From: a virus
Taxonomy: Duplodnaviria > Caudoviricetes
Length of the DNA stretch: 64,000 nucleotides
Strand: one strand, 5' to 3'
IMG/VR virus record: IMGVR_UViG_3300021256_000056
Location: 131,096 to 195,095 of that record
This document shows positions 1 through 10,903 of the stretch, one piece after another. The notes beneath the pieces were generated by a model, which saw only the letters and a list, made by a program, of their open reading frames with translations, was not told the DNA's origin and searched no databases. The translations under genes and the position numbers were made by a program. The first letter of the stretch is position 1; every line of letters begins with the position of its first letter.

Positions 1-64
1 TTTGCCATTTTAAATTTTAAATTAATCTTTTATTTTTAAATTTTTATATCAAAAATGTGATATT

Positions 65-96
65 CAAATATACAAAAAAACAATAAAAAAAACAAC
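65..96 (-). promoter_or_regulatory. Host-type (Bacteroidota) promoter for a gene running off the left edge (ATG at 8-6)
   Basis: Minus strand GTTG-N20-TATATTTG, matching the -33/-7 consensus. Confidence 0.6.
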
Positions 97-126
97 AAGG
101 GTGCCAACACGATGTGGCACCCTGTT
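94..126 (-). terminator. Intrinsic terminator hairpin
   Basis: agggtgcca-loop-tggcaccct stem immediately after stop of 128..943(-), T-rich tail on minus strand. Confidence 0.7.
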
Positions 127-127
127 A

Positions 128-943
128 TTAGAAGTTAAGTATGTCTTTCAGGTTTTGATGGAAAGAACCCTTATCAATTGACTTGTAAATTGAGTTCCAA
201 TCAGTGATATTATCTACATCATTCTTCGTTATTTCGTAACGCTTATCACCTACGCCATCATTATCACTTTCAGGGCTATAATTTCCCTCGGCTTCTTTTT
301 GTGCCCAGAAATCCTTCGGTGTCTGATTAAATGGTTCACCAAGGTCTGACCTTAATGTCATTTTTTCAACCTGTGTAGGATTTCTTTTTTCGATTTCCTG
401 TTTCAATTCATCGATATGGGCATTGTTCTTATCAATATCTGTTTCGAACTTTCCAATAAGCTTAATCAATGCATCAATTTTACCGTCAAGGTTATTGATT
501 TTTGCCTGTGCCTCATCTTGGCTATCTACAAGTTCGTCAACGTCAATAACCTCCTCGTCTTCGTCGCTATTTTCTTCTGGGCTTGAAGTAAGAGGTTCGG
601 GGGCGGCGCCTTGTGGATTAAATTCTTCAACACCATTTTGCGCGTTGGCGGCATTGGGGTCATCACCCATTGCGGGGTCTCCGCCTGGTGCGGGAGCGGC
701 ACCGTTAGGGTCTCCGCCCATCATGGGGTCACCACCTGGTGCTGGGGCGCCAGCATTAGGGTCGCCGCCCATTGCGGGGGCATTACCTGGTGCAGGAGCG
801 CCGCCATCCATTGCTGGGTCGGGTGCGTTCGGTGCATCAGCCTCTAACATATCACTGCCACCTCTTTGGATATATTCTAATATTGACTGAAACCTTTTCT
901 GCTTCTCAGTTAGATTATGTTCTTCCAAAAAATTCTTGTCCAT
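128..943 (-). CDS. Pro/Gly/Ala-rich acidic coiled-coil protein, putative head internal/scaffold protein
   Basis: LTE/ILE/MLE leader, GGDP repeats, acidic tract, coiled coil; in late-promoter operon. Confidence 0.55.
   Translation of the reverse strand: MDKNFLEEHNLTEKQKRFQSILEYIQRGGSDMLEADAPNAPDPAMDGGAPAPGNAPAMGGDPNAGAPAPGGDPMMGGDPNGAAPAPGGDPAMGDDPNAANAQNGVEEFNPQGAAPEPLTSSPEENSDEDEEVIDVDELVDSQDEAQAKINNLDGKIDALIKLIGKFETDIDKNNAHIDELKQEIEKRNPTQVEKMTLRSDLGEPFNQTPKDFWAQKEAEGNYSPESDNDGVGDKRYEITKNDVDNITDWNSIYKSIDKGSFHQNLKDILNF
650..805 (-). repeat. Degenerate ~16-aa tandem coding repeat (APAPGGDPxMGGDPN)
   Basis: Three imperfect copies visible in the translation. Confidence 0.75.
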
Positions 944-959
944 CGCCCTTTGGTGTACA

Positions 960-1241
960 TTAGTCTGTGAGGAGTTGTTTGTTATCCTCAGTTATCATTA
1001 TTTTTGAAGATTCGGTCCTTTCTATGAGGCCCTTGTCTTTCTTAATTCTCTTTGTTGTCTGGTCTGGAGTAAGTTCGCTTGCCAGGGCTTCAATTTGGTC
1101 AATATCCATTTTTTCTTGTGTTTTAGATTTCTTATTATTAACGCCAGTCGTAGATTTCTTTATTTCCACAACCTTTGTTTGGGGTGTACTAACCACATAG
1201 TTTTCTACCCGCTTATTTTTATTCAAAAATTTTACTTTCAT
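960..1241 (-). CDS. Hypothetical late protein
   Basis: ORF directly downstream of ACTATTTAT motif. Confidence 0.7.
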   Translation of the reverse strand: MKVKFLNKNKRVENYVVSTPQTKVVEIKKSTTGVNNKKSKTQEKMDIDQIEALASELTPDQTTKRIKKDKGLIERTESSKIMITEDNKQLLTD

Positions 1242-1255
1242 CGTCTATTTTACAT

Positions 1256-1264
1256 ATAAATAGT
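1256..1264 (-). promoter_or_regulatory. Putative late promoter ACTATTTAT
   Basis: ATAAATAGT on plus strand just upstream of ATG 1241. Confidence 0.75.
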
Positions 1265-1289
1265 TTATTAAAAGAAAAAAGCCCCACTT

Positions 1290-1889
1290 TCATCCGTTGA
1301 GGCTTGATAAGTAGGGAATTATATATTTTTTATTCTTTATAAGCTCTCGAGTGTCATATGAAATATAGTCACGCTCTCGAATAATCTTTATTGACGGCGT
1401 TTTTTTAATAATGTTCAACATTTTTTCCCTATCTCCGCCCACATAATCAATATCGTTTAATGATATACCTATCGTTGTTTTGTCGTCGGGAAAATAAACA
1501 TATATGAAATTTTCGTTTATGAGTGCAAATTTTCGTCTACCATCTGAAAGAAAAATCTTTAATCTCATTTTTTCTTCTTTGGTCGCAGTCAAAACATTGA
1601 AAAACCAATAATCCACTGATTTAATGGCATGTTCAATCACTAGTTTTTTGAAAGCTTTTGCATCGGTTTCATTTTTATCCCTACGCACACGTTTTCCGTA
1701 TGTCCAATAAGTGTTCTCATCTATCTTCCATTTCAATATGGATGCCTCTGGGTGTAATTCCTTTGCTCTTTCCCATCCCACAATTAGAGTGAGCGTATCG
1801 GGCTGTAAATTTTTCACCTCGCCCGTTACGTTATAAAATGGGTTATCTTCAAACCCTTCGTTTGTGAGAACGTTGGCTAAATAGTTCAT
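1290..1889 (-). CDS. Hypothetical protein
   Basis: 199-aa ORF with host-type promoter upstream. Confidence 0.75.
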   Translation of the reverse strand: MNYLANVLTNEGFEDNPFYNVTGEVKNLQPDTLTLIVGWERAKELHPEASILKWKIDENTYWTYGKRVRRDKNETDAKAFKKLVIEHAIKSVDYWFFNVLTATKEEKMRLKIFLSDGRRKFALINENFIYVYFPDDKTTIGISLNDIDYVGGDREKMLNIIKKTPSIKIIRERDYISYDTRELIKNKKYIIPYLSSLNG

Positions 1890-1911
1890 AAAATTTTGAC
1901 TAAAGTTTTTG

Positions 1912-1943
1912 CAAAGATATGTTTAATTTAAGAAAAAAACAAG
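1912..1943 (-). promoter_or_regulatory. Host-type Bacteroidota promoter
   Basis: Minus strand CTTG-N20-TATCTTTG. Confidence 0.65.
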
Positions 1944-1944
1944 T

Positions 1945-4900
1945 TTAGAGGTGAATGTATTTGCTGTTCCTCATTAACATTTTTGTACATGGGAGGCTAT
2001 TATCGCCCTTCTTGTAACTAAAGTGTACCCATTTACCTGACGCCTTTTCGTTAATAATTTGACCCCATTTTTTATTTCTACTTTCATAATACTTAATAAT
2101 GAAATCGAAGAGCATGTCGATTGAAGTGTCACCCCAACCTCCTCCTGGTGTTCGCAATTTAATATCAGCTGCCGTTCCGTATGTGTGGTCTGAATTTTTT
2201 GCTCCACCAACGACGCTATTAGGGCTGTCTTCCTCAGTACTATTCGTTTTGGCGGAACGGAATGCGCTTGTAATGTAAAACTCGGTATATTTTGCCCAGT
2301 TTTTACCACTATTTTGCTTACAAAATTGCCTCCAAGCATCTTGTAGTTCATTAAGAGCTTTGGATAATTCTGTAATATTTGTTTCTACTTGGGCGCTATT
2401 TGCCACGTGCGCAGGGTCGTTATCTAGCTTGTCGTTAGGGTGGTCTTTATTGTATTTTGCAAAGCTGCCACCAGTTTGAATCATTCTCTCCCGTGTAAAA
2501 ATAGGCGTTACATTGTCTGCGTGATATTCTGACATGAAACTATCAAAATCCCTGGTGTCTATTGCTTGTGTATACCTAACATAAACATCCCTTTCACCAT
2601 TAACAACAATTGCATTAGTGGATATAAACGGTGTATCATACTTAGACATTCTTACACCAGTAAATCTTGTTACCATGTCGCCAGCGCGAATGCTGTGTTC
2701 TATCTTTATGATGAGATAAACACCCCTGAATAAAGGAATATTATTAAGTTGAAAATATGTTAACGGCATTATTTGAGCATTGCCCATCATTTCAACAACG
2801 CAAGTATAGGAATAGTTAGCATAAATCCTATATAAATCCTGGCCGTAAAGTGCAGTTTGATTTACCCCCTCGGATGCCTTTGATGCAATTAACTGTGTGG
2901 TTGCAATACTGGCTTCCGTTACTTGTGGGTTCTGCATATTAACATTTATCTTCTTGAATACGCTTTGATTCTGTTTTGCATACGTTACTCCAAAAGAAGG
3001 TATATAATAATCCCCATCCCTATATTCAGAAATTTGTGGAATTTGAAATTTGCTTTCTAGTATATTACCCGTTGCGTTTGCAATGTTAAATCCGTCGGAA
3101 GCATACATATAAGATGGATTATTCCAATCGGTATCCAGGAATTGTGAAGCTCTATTTGTGTATATACAAACATAACACGACGTATCTCTTTCGTCCATCT
3201 TTGAATAAGGGATAACATCGAACATATCCGCAATGCCCTGTGGATTCGTAAATTCATTTTCCATAGGTAGGGTAAGGAATAGCATTTCATTTTTTTGACA
3301 TATATTTGCCAAAAATTCATAGAAACTTTGGTTTACGTATTTCATGTTAACCGCGGTATTGTCTATGTTCGATGAGGCCATCATCTGAGACGCTGTTTCC
3401 ACAATACTCTCTGTATTTACGACCATCTGGTCTTCGATATTGTGGTAAAATGAATCAATAAACTTAAAGTGGCTGAACTCACTTTTTTGAATATCCTCTC
3501 TTTTCTTAGCCTCTTCTGGGCTTACTCTTGTAGGTGATAGTGTCCATCTATATTTATTCCTATTGCCACATAGCCACCTATCATAAAGATTTTTAAGCGT
3601 TAAATATGTCGCCAATTTAATGTTATTATCAATAACGGCGTCATTCTCATTTTGATTTCTCAAAACAGGTTCGTTGTTGTCATCTTCTAGTTGGTTTTTA
3701 TACCTTTCCGTTATTTGCTTATAGAATCCTCTAAGAATATTTTTGAGTGAATCCAAAGGTATATTGTTACCAACTTTATTGGTGTTGATATATATGTATT
3801 GTTTCGCAAAGAGTTCATGTATTAAATAACCTTGCCAGTAACTTTCTTTCTTTACTGGTAATTCAACACTAATTCCCCTATTGGGTATGATGAGCCCTTC
3901 CTTATCATAAAATTCCGCGCTGGTATGATTACCCGAAAGGTTGCATATATTACCAAATTTATATTGTGCTTTATCTTTTTGATATATATTAAATGCGTCC
4001 TTGGCCAATTTCTTGATTTGGGATGCGGACATATCCAACTCCAGCTTATTGTTTATATCAGGAAAAACTTTAAGCGCCCAATTTTCAAAAAGAGTCATGA
4101 GTAGTCTCTGTTCCGCGTGTGTTCTGGGAGTTGTTAATAAATCTCCCATCTTAAGATACTCCCGACTAGAAGTAGAACTAATGAATGTACACACTGCGGG
4201 TTCTTTTTGAAGATGTAATTTATTATCTTTATCTGTGAGTGTTTTTACTAGATATACTTCATTTTCCCCAGCAAGTTTATATTTACCGTCACCAAAATTC
4301 AATAATTGTATATCGAAATTATTTTGCCTACGATAATTGTATTCGAAATATAGTGCACCCTCCCATAGCGCTTCCGCTGCACACATTAAATATTGATTAC
4401 TCTCATCGACTGTTGCTATGGGAATGCCCATACAAAGTAGGAATGCCTTTGCTAATTTTTTGTCTCTATCGTCTTCGGTATTATTTTGTTCGTAAAAAAA
4501 AGGATGACCATATAGCTGATGGCGCGTTACGCCTTCTTCGGCTATATCGATATAAGCTGGGGTCTTTATGTAATAACTGCTACTATTTGCTTGTATTGCA
4601 TGGTAATAATTGGGTATTTTTCCGTATTCGGACCCATACGCCTTTTTACCCCCCTCTAATGTGCCAAAACAATACTTATTTGCTGCGGCAAAATCATGTA
4701 ATACAAATTTGTACTGGTCTTTTGTATCATTGTCTAGTTTTTCTTTTTTTTCTATTAAATCTTTTAGACTCTTTGTTAATTCAGTTTCGTTGTTCTCGTC
4801 AATTACAAAAGTTTCTACTAGACCAGCAGTATTATCCCCTTCACTTCCAATGATAGCCCATTTTTCGTCGTCTTTAAAGTTTACCTTTGCGGGGTTGCCG

Positions 4901-7416
4901 TTACCGATGAAAAACAATTTTTTATTTTCATTATTTTCATTTTTCTTTATCCAATCATAAGACATTTCTTTGGTAAAAACAGTCTTATTGACACTAACGC
5001 TGCCCTCTGCTGGTATATCAAAGGCCTTTCTGTCGTTGACTCTACTTTCTGTTGTAAAATAATCAATAACAAAACTAATGAACTTATCTGCGTTATCACA
5101 AGATTTTAACCCCTCTTTAAACGTTGGTGATAGTCTGGGGGATGCTTTGAAAAGGTTTTCAGCCTCTATCCTACCAGCCGCTTCTGTGGTGAGTGTACTA
5201 GTATATGCGCTAGTTGCGCAATAGTACCAGTTATATGCTCTTAGTATTAAAGTTAATAGGGCTGATGGCCACTCTAGATTACCCTGTTTAAGTGTTGAGA
5301 GATAATCGTATGGATTTGCCCCGCCATGAAGAATATCATAGTTGGTTAAAGGAAGGAACTCAATTGAGCCGTCACTGCTTACGTCTTCATCCTGTGGCAA
5401 ATCTTCTCTTATTTTCTCACTATAGCTTTTTGCTGCATCAATAAGTTTATTTACAAAATCTATCTCAAGTAAACCGCTTGAATCTCCAGGTAATTCTCCT
5501 GGCCATATCGGAACCTTTTTTCTACCCTTAAGTGTGGTACTGTTTTCACTACCACCGCCCTCCTCTACTTCTTTATAAAACATTGTGAATGGCGGTACGG
5601 CGTTTGACTCGCTAAAACTGGGTGGTAAATCAGTGTTTTCTTTCGTGAATCCCAGGACTTTTAGGCTTCTTTTTTCTGGGTCATGTTGTTTTATATCATT
5701 AATATCACTAAGATAACGATGGAAAACCGCCATGAAAGTATCAAGGTGGGCAAATGCCATTCTGAAAGCATTACCAATTGTTGGGTTAAACCCGAGATTT
5801 GTGGAAACTTTAACACTTAATGTTTTTTGTCTTTCATTTTCAAGTTGTAGCTTCTCTTCCCTTAGTTTATTTATTCTATCCCCTAAATTAATAATCCACT
5901 CAGGTATTGTGTAACCAAATTCATTTTCAGTTAAAGGTGAATATTGTAAGTATAAATAATAGGTCCCACCTTTACCCTTTATGAAATTATCGTATATGTA
6001 TTTTGTTATGTCTTTCTTGTATTCGTTTGTTATGCCTACAATGTTAATCTTTCCCTCATATAGTCCGCTTGCTCTATATAGTCTATTTTTCACTGCGCCG
6101 TCAATAGCTGCAATTACTACGTCTTCTGATTCGGTAAGCTTATAATCGATTTTAGCTGGCCCCTTTGCTTGTTGCCATCCGTTTACATTCCAACCAAAAC
6201 AATTTAACTGTTCGCTGAGGCTTTCCTGAAATTCTTTGTTATAATTACTTATATTTTCCAATAATGTTCTGTAACTGGTAGCGTCTTTCGGAGTTTTGTC
6301 GCCAAAAACCTTATCAAACCAATCTATAAGTTTACCAAATATATCGAAAGCGCTTCTATTCTTAACATCTAACTTTTCGGTTATTATTATGTTGCCGATG
6401 GTAGAAACCCCGCAAACATAATACGTTTTTGCATTGCCTCTTGTTAATTCGATAAAGAAATAACCGCAATTAAAAGCTTCTTCAAGGCAGGCGTTGAGAC
6501 TGGTCTGAATTTTCTCGAGTGCACTAATCTTCCTAGATAATTTTGATATTTCCTCGCTCCAAATATCGTTTGTGCTCTCAGCATTTTTCGTCGTAGCGCT
6601 TGCTTCGGCCATCAATTTCCTCAATTCTGGGTACGTTTTAATTGTGCTGACATTGTCAAGATACTTAAATCCTCGTTGTGCCCAATATTCTCTACCCTTA
6701 CCCTCAATATATGGCGCAATCATAACTAAATTCATCGGAACATCGGTATATACGCCAAACATATATCCAATAAATTTAGCATCAATTTCGAAGTGACCCG
6801 TTTCTGCGTTAAAGTTTGCTTTAAAATCTTCTACCGATAGATTGTAGGTGACCTCCTTCCCGTAAAACCCCTTTACTTTTAACTTAAACATTGGGTATGG
6901 GAAACTAAAAAGTGCTTTGAAGAAGCTCCCTCCGTTAATTGAGGTGTCAACACTTGCTCCATTTAACTGCTCGTTTTTGACCGTGTTTAGGTAACCTTGT
7001 TCATGGGGAGACATTAGAGATGCACCTCGAACATCCACAAATTTTATGTTAACCTGTGGGATGTACCAGGAGCTATATGTTATATCAATAGATTCAATAC
7101 CCAGGCATTCGTTAGTGTTTCTATCTGGCCTTGTACTCTCTATGTCTGTAAAATTGGTTGTTAAGAACCCATTGGTTCCACCAATGAAATTAATCGTTCC
7201 TTTATCAGAAGAAAAATGAAGGTCATTATCTGATGAATTACCATTTCCGTATCCAATATATCCACAAGAATCCCTGTTACCAAACTCTACGGTAAAGTCA
7301 ACAGAAATGCAATAATCTTCATAGGGATGTGGTATTCCGTTGGGAAGATTATTATATACATTATTGGGTTCTACATATAAAAGTCTGCCTTGGCTTTGTA
7401 TGTTACTGTTCTTCAT
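1945..7416 (-). CDS. Large baseplate hub-like protein with C-terminal peptidase M15 domain
   Basis: Hub-like motifs (VNIKFVDVRGASL; GVYLIIKIEHSIRAGDMVTRFTGVR); C-terminal ITSAFRS...SDHTYGTAADI...WVHFS zinc-peptidase motif; lies downstream of tape measure and wedge genes. Confidence 0.7.
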   Translation of the reverse strand: MKNSNIQSQGRLLYVEPNNVYNNLPNGIPHPYEDYCISVDFTVEFGNRDSCGYIGYGNGNSSDNDLHFSSDKGTINFIGGTNGFLTTNFTDIESTRPDRNTNECLGIESIDITYSSWYIPQVNIKFVDVRGASLMSPHEQGYLNTVKNEQLNGASVDTSINGGSFFKALFSFPYPMFKLKVKGFYGKEVTYNLSVEDFKANFNAETGHFEIDAKFIGYMFGVYTDVPMNLVMIAPYIEGKGREYWAQRGFKYLDNVSTIKTYPELRKLMAEASATTKNAESTNDIWSEEISKLSRKISALEKIQTSLNACLEEAFNCGYFFIELTRGNAKTYYVCGVSTIGNIIITEKLDVKNRSAFDIFGKLIDWFDKVFGDKTPKDATSYRTLLENISNYNKEFQESLSEQLNCFGWNVNGWQQAKGPAKIDYKLTESEDVVIAAIDGAVKNRLYRASGLYEGKINIVGITNEYKKDITKYIYDNFIKGKGGTYYLYLQYSPLTENEFGYTIPEWIINLGDRINKLREEKLQLENERQKTLSVKVSTNLGFNPTIGNAFRMAFAHLDTFMAVFHRYLSDINDIKQHDPEKRSLKVLGFTKENTDLPPSFSESNAVPPFTMFYKEVEEGGGSENSTTLKGRKKVPIWPGELPGDSSGLLEIDFVNKLIDAAKSYSEKIREDLPQDEDVSSDGSIEFLPLTNYDILHGGANPYDYLSTLKQGNLEWPSALLTLILRAYNWYYCATSAYTSTLTTEAAGRIEAENLFKASPRLSPTFKEGLKSCDNADKFISFVIDYFTTESRVNDRKAFDIPAEGSVSVNKTVFTKEMSYDWIKKNENNENKKLFFIGNGNPAKVNFKDDEKWAIIGSEGDNTAGLVETFVIDENNETELTKSLKDLIEKKEKLDNDTKDQYKFVLHDFAAANKYCFGTLEGGKKAYGSEYGKIPNYYHAIQANSSSYYIKTPAYIDIAEEGVTRHQLYGHPFFYEQNNTEDDRDKKLAKAFLLCMGIPIATVDESNQYLMCAAEALWEGALYFEYNYRRQNNFDIQLLNFGDGKYKLAGENEVYLVKTLTDKDNKLHLQKEPAVCTFISSTSSREYLKMGDLLTTPRTHAEQRLLMTLFENWALKVFPDINNKLELDMSASQIKKLAKDAFNIYQKDKAQYKFGNICNLSGNHTSAEFYDKEGLIIPNRGISVELPVKKESYWQGYLIHELFAKQYIYINTNKVGNNIPLDSLKNILRGFYKQITERYKNQLEDDNNEPVLRNQNENDAVIDNNIKLATYLTLKNLYDRWLCGNRNKYRWTLSPTRVSPEEAKKREDIQKSEFSHFKFIDSFYHNIEDQMVVNTESIVETASQMMASSNIDNTAVNMKYVNQSFYEFLANICQKNEMLFLTLPMENEFTNPQGIADMFDVIPYSKMDERDTSCYVCIYTNRASQFLDTDWNNPSYMYASDGFNIANATGNILESKFQIPQISEYRDGDYYIPSFGVTYAKQNQSVFKKINVNMQNPQVTEASIATTQLIASKASEGVNQTALYGQDLYRIYANYSYTCVVEMMGNAQIMPLTYFQLNNIPLFRGVYLIIKIEHSIRAGDMVTRFTGVRMSKYDTPFISTNAIVVNGERDVYVRYTQAIDTRDFDSFMSEYHADNVTPIFTRERMIQTGGSFAKYNKDHPNDKLDNDPAHVANSAQVETNITELSKALNELQDAWRQFCKQNSGKNWAKYTEFYITSAFRSAKTNSTEEDSPNSVVGGAKNSDHTYGTAADIKLRTPGGGWGDTSIDMLFDFIIKYYESRNKKWGQIINEKASGKWVHFSYKKGDNSLPCTKMLMRNSKYIHL

Positions 7417-7732
7417 TACCGTAAAGTTTATAATATTCGTCTATTGAATCTCTGTAATCTTGTAGCGATACCGAAAGTGGGTATGGTATTCTAAGTGTTG
7501 TCCCGTCTTCAATTTCATATTCCATTGAACCAGCTTCGGGATTGGCTTGAAGTATTAACCAACCATAGTTCGGGTTCTTGTAGTAGGTATAAGAAATTAA
7601 ATCCAGGCGGCTCTTATTCTTCGCATATACCTCGAAAAAATCCGTGTCTTTTGGTTTTACTCTTCCAAATGGCACTAGTTCTATTTTACCATCGCCTCTA
7701 AATTGTTCGTATCTATCATATGATGCTACCAT
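7403..7732 (-). CDS. LysM-like baseplate wedge protein (gp53/tail X-like)
   Basis: RLDLISYTYYKNPNYGWLILQANP...GTTLRIP pattern; baseplate context. Confidence 0.7.
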   Translation of the reverse strand: MVASYDRYEQFRGDGKIELVPFGRVKPKDTDFFEVYAKNKSRLDLISYTYYKNPNYGWLILQANPEAGSMEYEIEDGTTLRIPYPLSVSLQDYRDSIDEYYKLYGNEEQ

Positions 7733-7751
7733 AATAACTTCTTTTACTTAC

Positions 7752-10700
7752 TTATTTTTTTTCATCTCTATTTTTAAGCATTGCTTCATATACCTGAACG
7801 TCCCCATCTGGACTTTCCCTATGGTCGGCTCTCCTGTCGTATATTGAAGCGTTGCTGTAATAGTTATATGATACGGCATTCTGTAATCTCTCGATTGGAC
7901 CACTGATATCGCTTCCGCCAATAAATTTAAATCTTAGTGTAATATCTGCCATCATTGGTTGTACACCTATGCCTTCTGGATTGAGGTCCCACTGTACCCC
8001 GCCAGCATTATCATATGAAATTTGAATGCTCTCTATCAATATTTTTGTGTTATAGAAATCTCCAATTCTTAAAACACAGTATGGTGCCCTGCCAAACGCA
8101 AGATTTCCAACTCCTGTATCTTTAGGAGTACCGTTTGCATCGGATGCGGATACCGTTGGCCCTTGCCTTGTACACTGATGAAGGAAAGTTAATCTTGCGT
8201 TAAAACCTTCAGGTGTAATACTGTGATATGCAGGGTCAAAGAACTGTATTTTTTGAATAATACGATTCTTAATGAACGATTCTGATTCCTTAATGTCCCT
8301 AAAATAAGTGTATTCATTATCGTAAGGTTCGTCAGTCTGTTTCTTTCCGCTAACGCTCCTGTAAATATTCCTCGTCTTTGTTACAGTCTCCCGCGCCGCT
8401 TTCTTCTGCTTCTTTTCTTTATTTATATCATAGTAAATTTCTATTACCGCAGAGCGATTTACTTTTGCTTCTAGACTTGAAACATCAAAATTGCCCTTTG
8501 AAACGTTTATTGGTTTTGATTCTCCTGGGTAAATTTTATTTCCATCAACAAAGTATTTCATCCGCCCCTTTAGCCATTCAGACACAGAATATGCTCTATC
8601 TTTAGAGAGCATATCGTTTTTGTTCTCATCGCCGTGACTGGAAGCGTGTCCATAAACCGAAATGTGGTCTATTTTTTCCGCATTATTCAATAATGCTGCA
8701 AGGACAGGATTTACGTTTTCCTGTGTATTGTATGAACCAAAATTTTTAAGGGCGTAATATAAGTCTCCAAAAGAAAATAATGTTTTACCGTAATCAATTG
8801 TCTCATCTATTAGCCCAGAGGTCTTCATTTGCCCTTCTATAAATTTGAAAGAGTCTGCATCAAAATTGTTTAATGTAAAGCCCGTTATGTCGCCATTATT
8901 GGGTAGACCTTCACTTGCGGGTAACTCAACAATTTTTCCCTTTTCTCTCTTATAATATTTATCCCAATTATTGCCTGATTTCGTGGCATAATATACCAAG
9001 GCTTGGTTTTTATATTTATTATCTACTCTATAATACCATGTTTGTCCCACACCCACAATAGGGTTATCTATCTCATGTCCCTCGTTTTCTACCTCATAGC
9101 CATTGGATGCATATCTTCCACCATTCATAAGATAATCGGCAAAATCATCAGGTTTATCGTCTATACCAGAATAATTGTTCGGGAAAAATACAAAAATTTT
9201 AATGGTCTCTAGCTTTGGACTTTCAACTGGTGTTACAGTCCTTTCCACTACATCATCATATGTTTCAGTCTCCACCTCATCCTGGCCAGCTGTTGTATCT
9301 CCTAGGTCATCACAACCCGCAAAGAAACGAAGAATTTTCTGTTCGTTTTCAAAGCTATCAGAAGGATTCTTCCCTCTCCATTTGTTTATGATTGAAGGGT
9401 GGTCAATCAATAGAGTAAATGAAAGACTACCACCTCTTTCCGTATTCACATATGAATATATTTTCTCGCCTCTCCCTATAAATGTATTGTCGCTCCATTG
9501 TGTCGTTATATCCTCTGAGAATTTTAAGTTATATGGAGGAAACCACATAATACGTCCGCCATTGGGGCCTCTTTGCTCCTCAGTAAGTGTTGGCCCTATG
9601 TTATAATTTGTCCTGTCGTTCTGCTTGTTTTGATAGGGTGGTTTTAATTTAAACGTTGTATTTTGTATTTCAACATCCTTCCACGCAAGATTCTCTATTG
9701 AAAACATGCATTTCTTTATACTCTCTTTATCAAGTTCTCCACTTTGTGTTTTATGTGGTGCAATATTAACAAAACCATTAGGTTTTAATACACTCATGTC
9801 AGAAAGGCGTTTTGCTCCATTATATGGACGTAAGCCTTCACCATAATTTCCTTGTATTTCTGCTAGTGTAGCAAAACTTTCCGCACCACCTTCATCTTTT
9901 ATTCTCGGACGAATTAAATCGGTCATCTTACTGTACTGATGATTTACGGTCCATACCCTACAATATGGGTTATCATAACCACCCCCGAGATTTGTTGCGC
10001 CCTCTTTGTATAAATTTCTGCCTCTTGAAAGAAATCTTTTCTTGTCTGTAAAATTATCTTTTTCCTCCGCATAAAAACGGTCGATTATTGAATTGATTTG
10101 ACCGTGTGCGAATAATTGATTTGTTTTATGTAGGAGCCAACCTTTCGAATTTGCCTCGTAATTTGCAAAATTATCAATTTCGGTTGTAAATAAATGCTCG
10201 TCATATGAACGGTCTACGTTGCTGGGCCTCTCAAGCCCCTCGTTATACGTAAACAACATTTCATTATCGTTGGAGTTTACTAATATCGTTGGAGTGTTAA
10301 CCTTGGTTTCAGTATATTCCCCCTCCCAATTGCGCTTGGTGGGCATTGTAATCTTTTTGGGGTCATTGTCTGTACTCCAGCCCGCAGACAATATAGAATC
10401 ATCTATAATGTATCTGTTTTCAGCACGAAGATGTTTGTTTAATTCCGCAAGAGAATCCCCTAAAACTTTTTCGCCGCCCCTTAAGATTGGGCTTTCAGAA
10501 TTAGTAACATATATGTCTTTTTTATTACCGTTGTATTCAACCTTTCTAAAACGGTTCACGGCATCACCGTATATGACCGAGCTTATGTTTATCCCATTAA
10601 GGTTTATATCATCGGTAACTCCATTATTGTAACCAACAAGTCCATTTATACCACCAATATCACTTGGTCTATTAAGCAAGCGCTCATAAACATTATATGC

Positions 10701-10868
10701 CATACCAACCTCTGGATACATAGGCTGGTTGTACATTGAATACTTTCCAATGTTACGCATTAACGCAATGTTTCTTATTAAAAGGTTCTTGTTTAAAAGG
10801 TTGCCTATTTGATAATCATCTAAAAACGTATTTGTTGCGTTTGATATTTTTAATATTGTGGTATCCAT
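7752..10868 (-). CDS. Baseplate/tube-initiator-like protein with inserted OmpA-like peptidoglycan-binding domain
   Basis: WFPPYNLKFSE...W...IGRGEKIYSY and APYCVLRIGDFY motifs; VYGHAS...NDMLSKDRAYSV...NRSAVIEI OmpA_C-like signature. Confidence 0.65.
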   Translation of the reverse strand: MDTTILKISNATNTFLDDYQIGNLLNKNLLIRNIALMRNIGKYSMYNQPMYPEVGMAYNVYERLLNRPSDIGGINGLVGYNNGVTDDINLNGINISSVIYGDAVNRFRKVEYNGNKKDIYVTNSESPILRGGEKVLGDSLAELNKHLRAENRYIIDDSILSAGWSTDNDPKKITMPTKRNWEGEYTETKVNTPTILVNSNDNEMLFTYNEGLERPSNVDRSYDEHLFTTEIDNFANYEANSKGWLLHKTNQLFAHGQINSIIDRFYAEEKDNFTDKKRFLSRGRNLYKEGATNLGGGYDNPYCRVWTVNHQYSKMTDLIRPRIKDEGGAESFATLAEIQGNYGEGLRPYNGAKRLSDMSVLKPNGFVNIAPHKTQSGELDKESIKKCMFSIENLAWKDVEIQNTTFKLKPPYQNKQNDRTNYNIGPTLTEEQRGPNGGRIMWFPPYNLKFSEDITTQWSDNTFIGRGEKIYSYVNTERGGSLSFTLLIDHPSIINKWRGKNPSDSFENEQKILRFFAGCDDLGDTTAGQDEVETETYDDVVERTVTPVESPKLETIKIFVFFPNNYSGIDDKPDDFADYLMNGGRYASNGYEVENEGHEIDNPIVGVGQTWYYRVDNKYKNQALVYYATKSGNNWDKYYKREKGKIVELPASEGLPNNGDITGFTLNNFDADSFKFIEGQMKTSGLIDETIDYGKTLFSFGDLYYALKNFGSYNTQENVNPVLAALLNNAEKIDHISVYGHASSHGDENKNDMLSKDRAYSVSEWLKGRMKYFVDGNKIYPGESKPINVSKGNFDVSSLEAKVNRSAVIEIYYDINKEKKQKKAARETVTKTRNIYRSVSGKKQTDEPYDNEYTYFRDIKESESFIKNRIIQKIQFFDPAYHSITPEGFNARLTFLHQCTRQGPTVSASDANGTPKDTGVGNLAFGRAPYCVLRIGDFYNTKILIESIQISYDNAGGVQWDLNPEGIGVQPMMADITLRFKFIGGSDISGPIERLQNAVSYNYYSNASIYDRRADHRESPDGDVQVYEAMLKNRDEKK

Positions 10869-10903
10869 TTTCTAAAATATAATTTTTACTATTTTAAAAT
10901 CAA

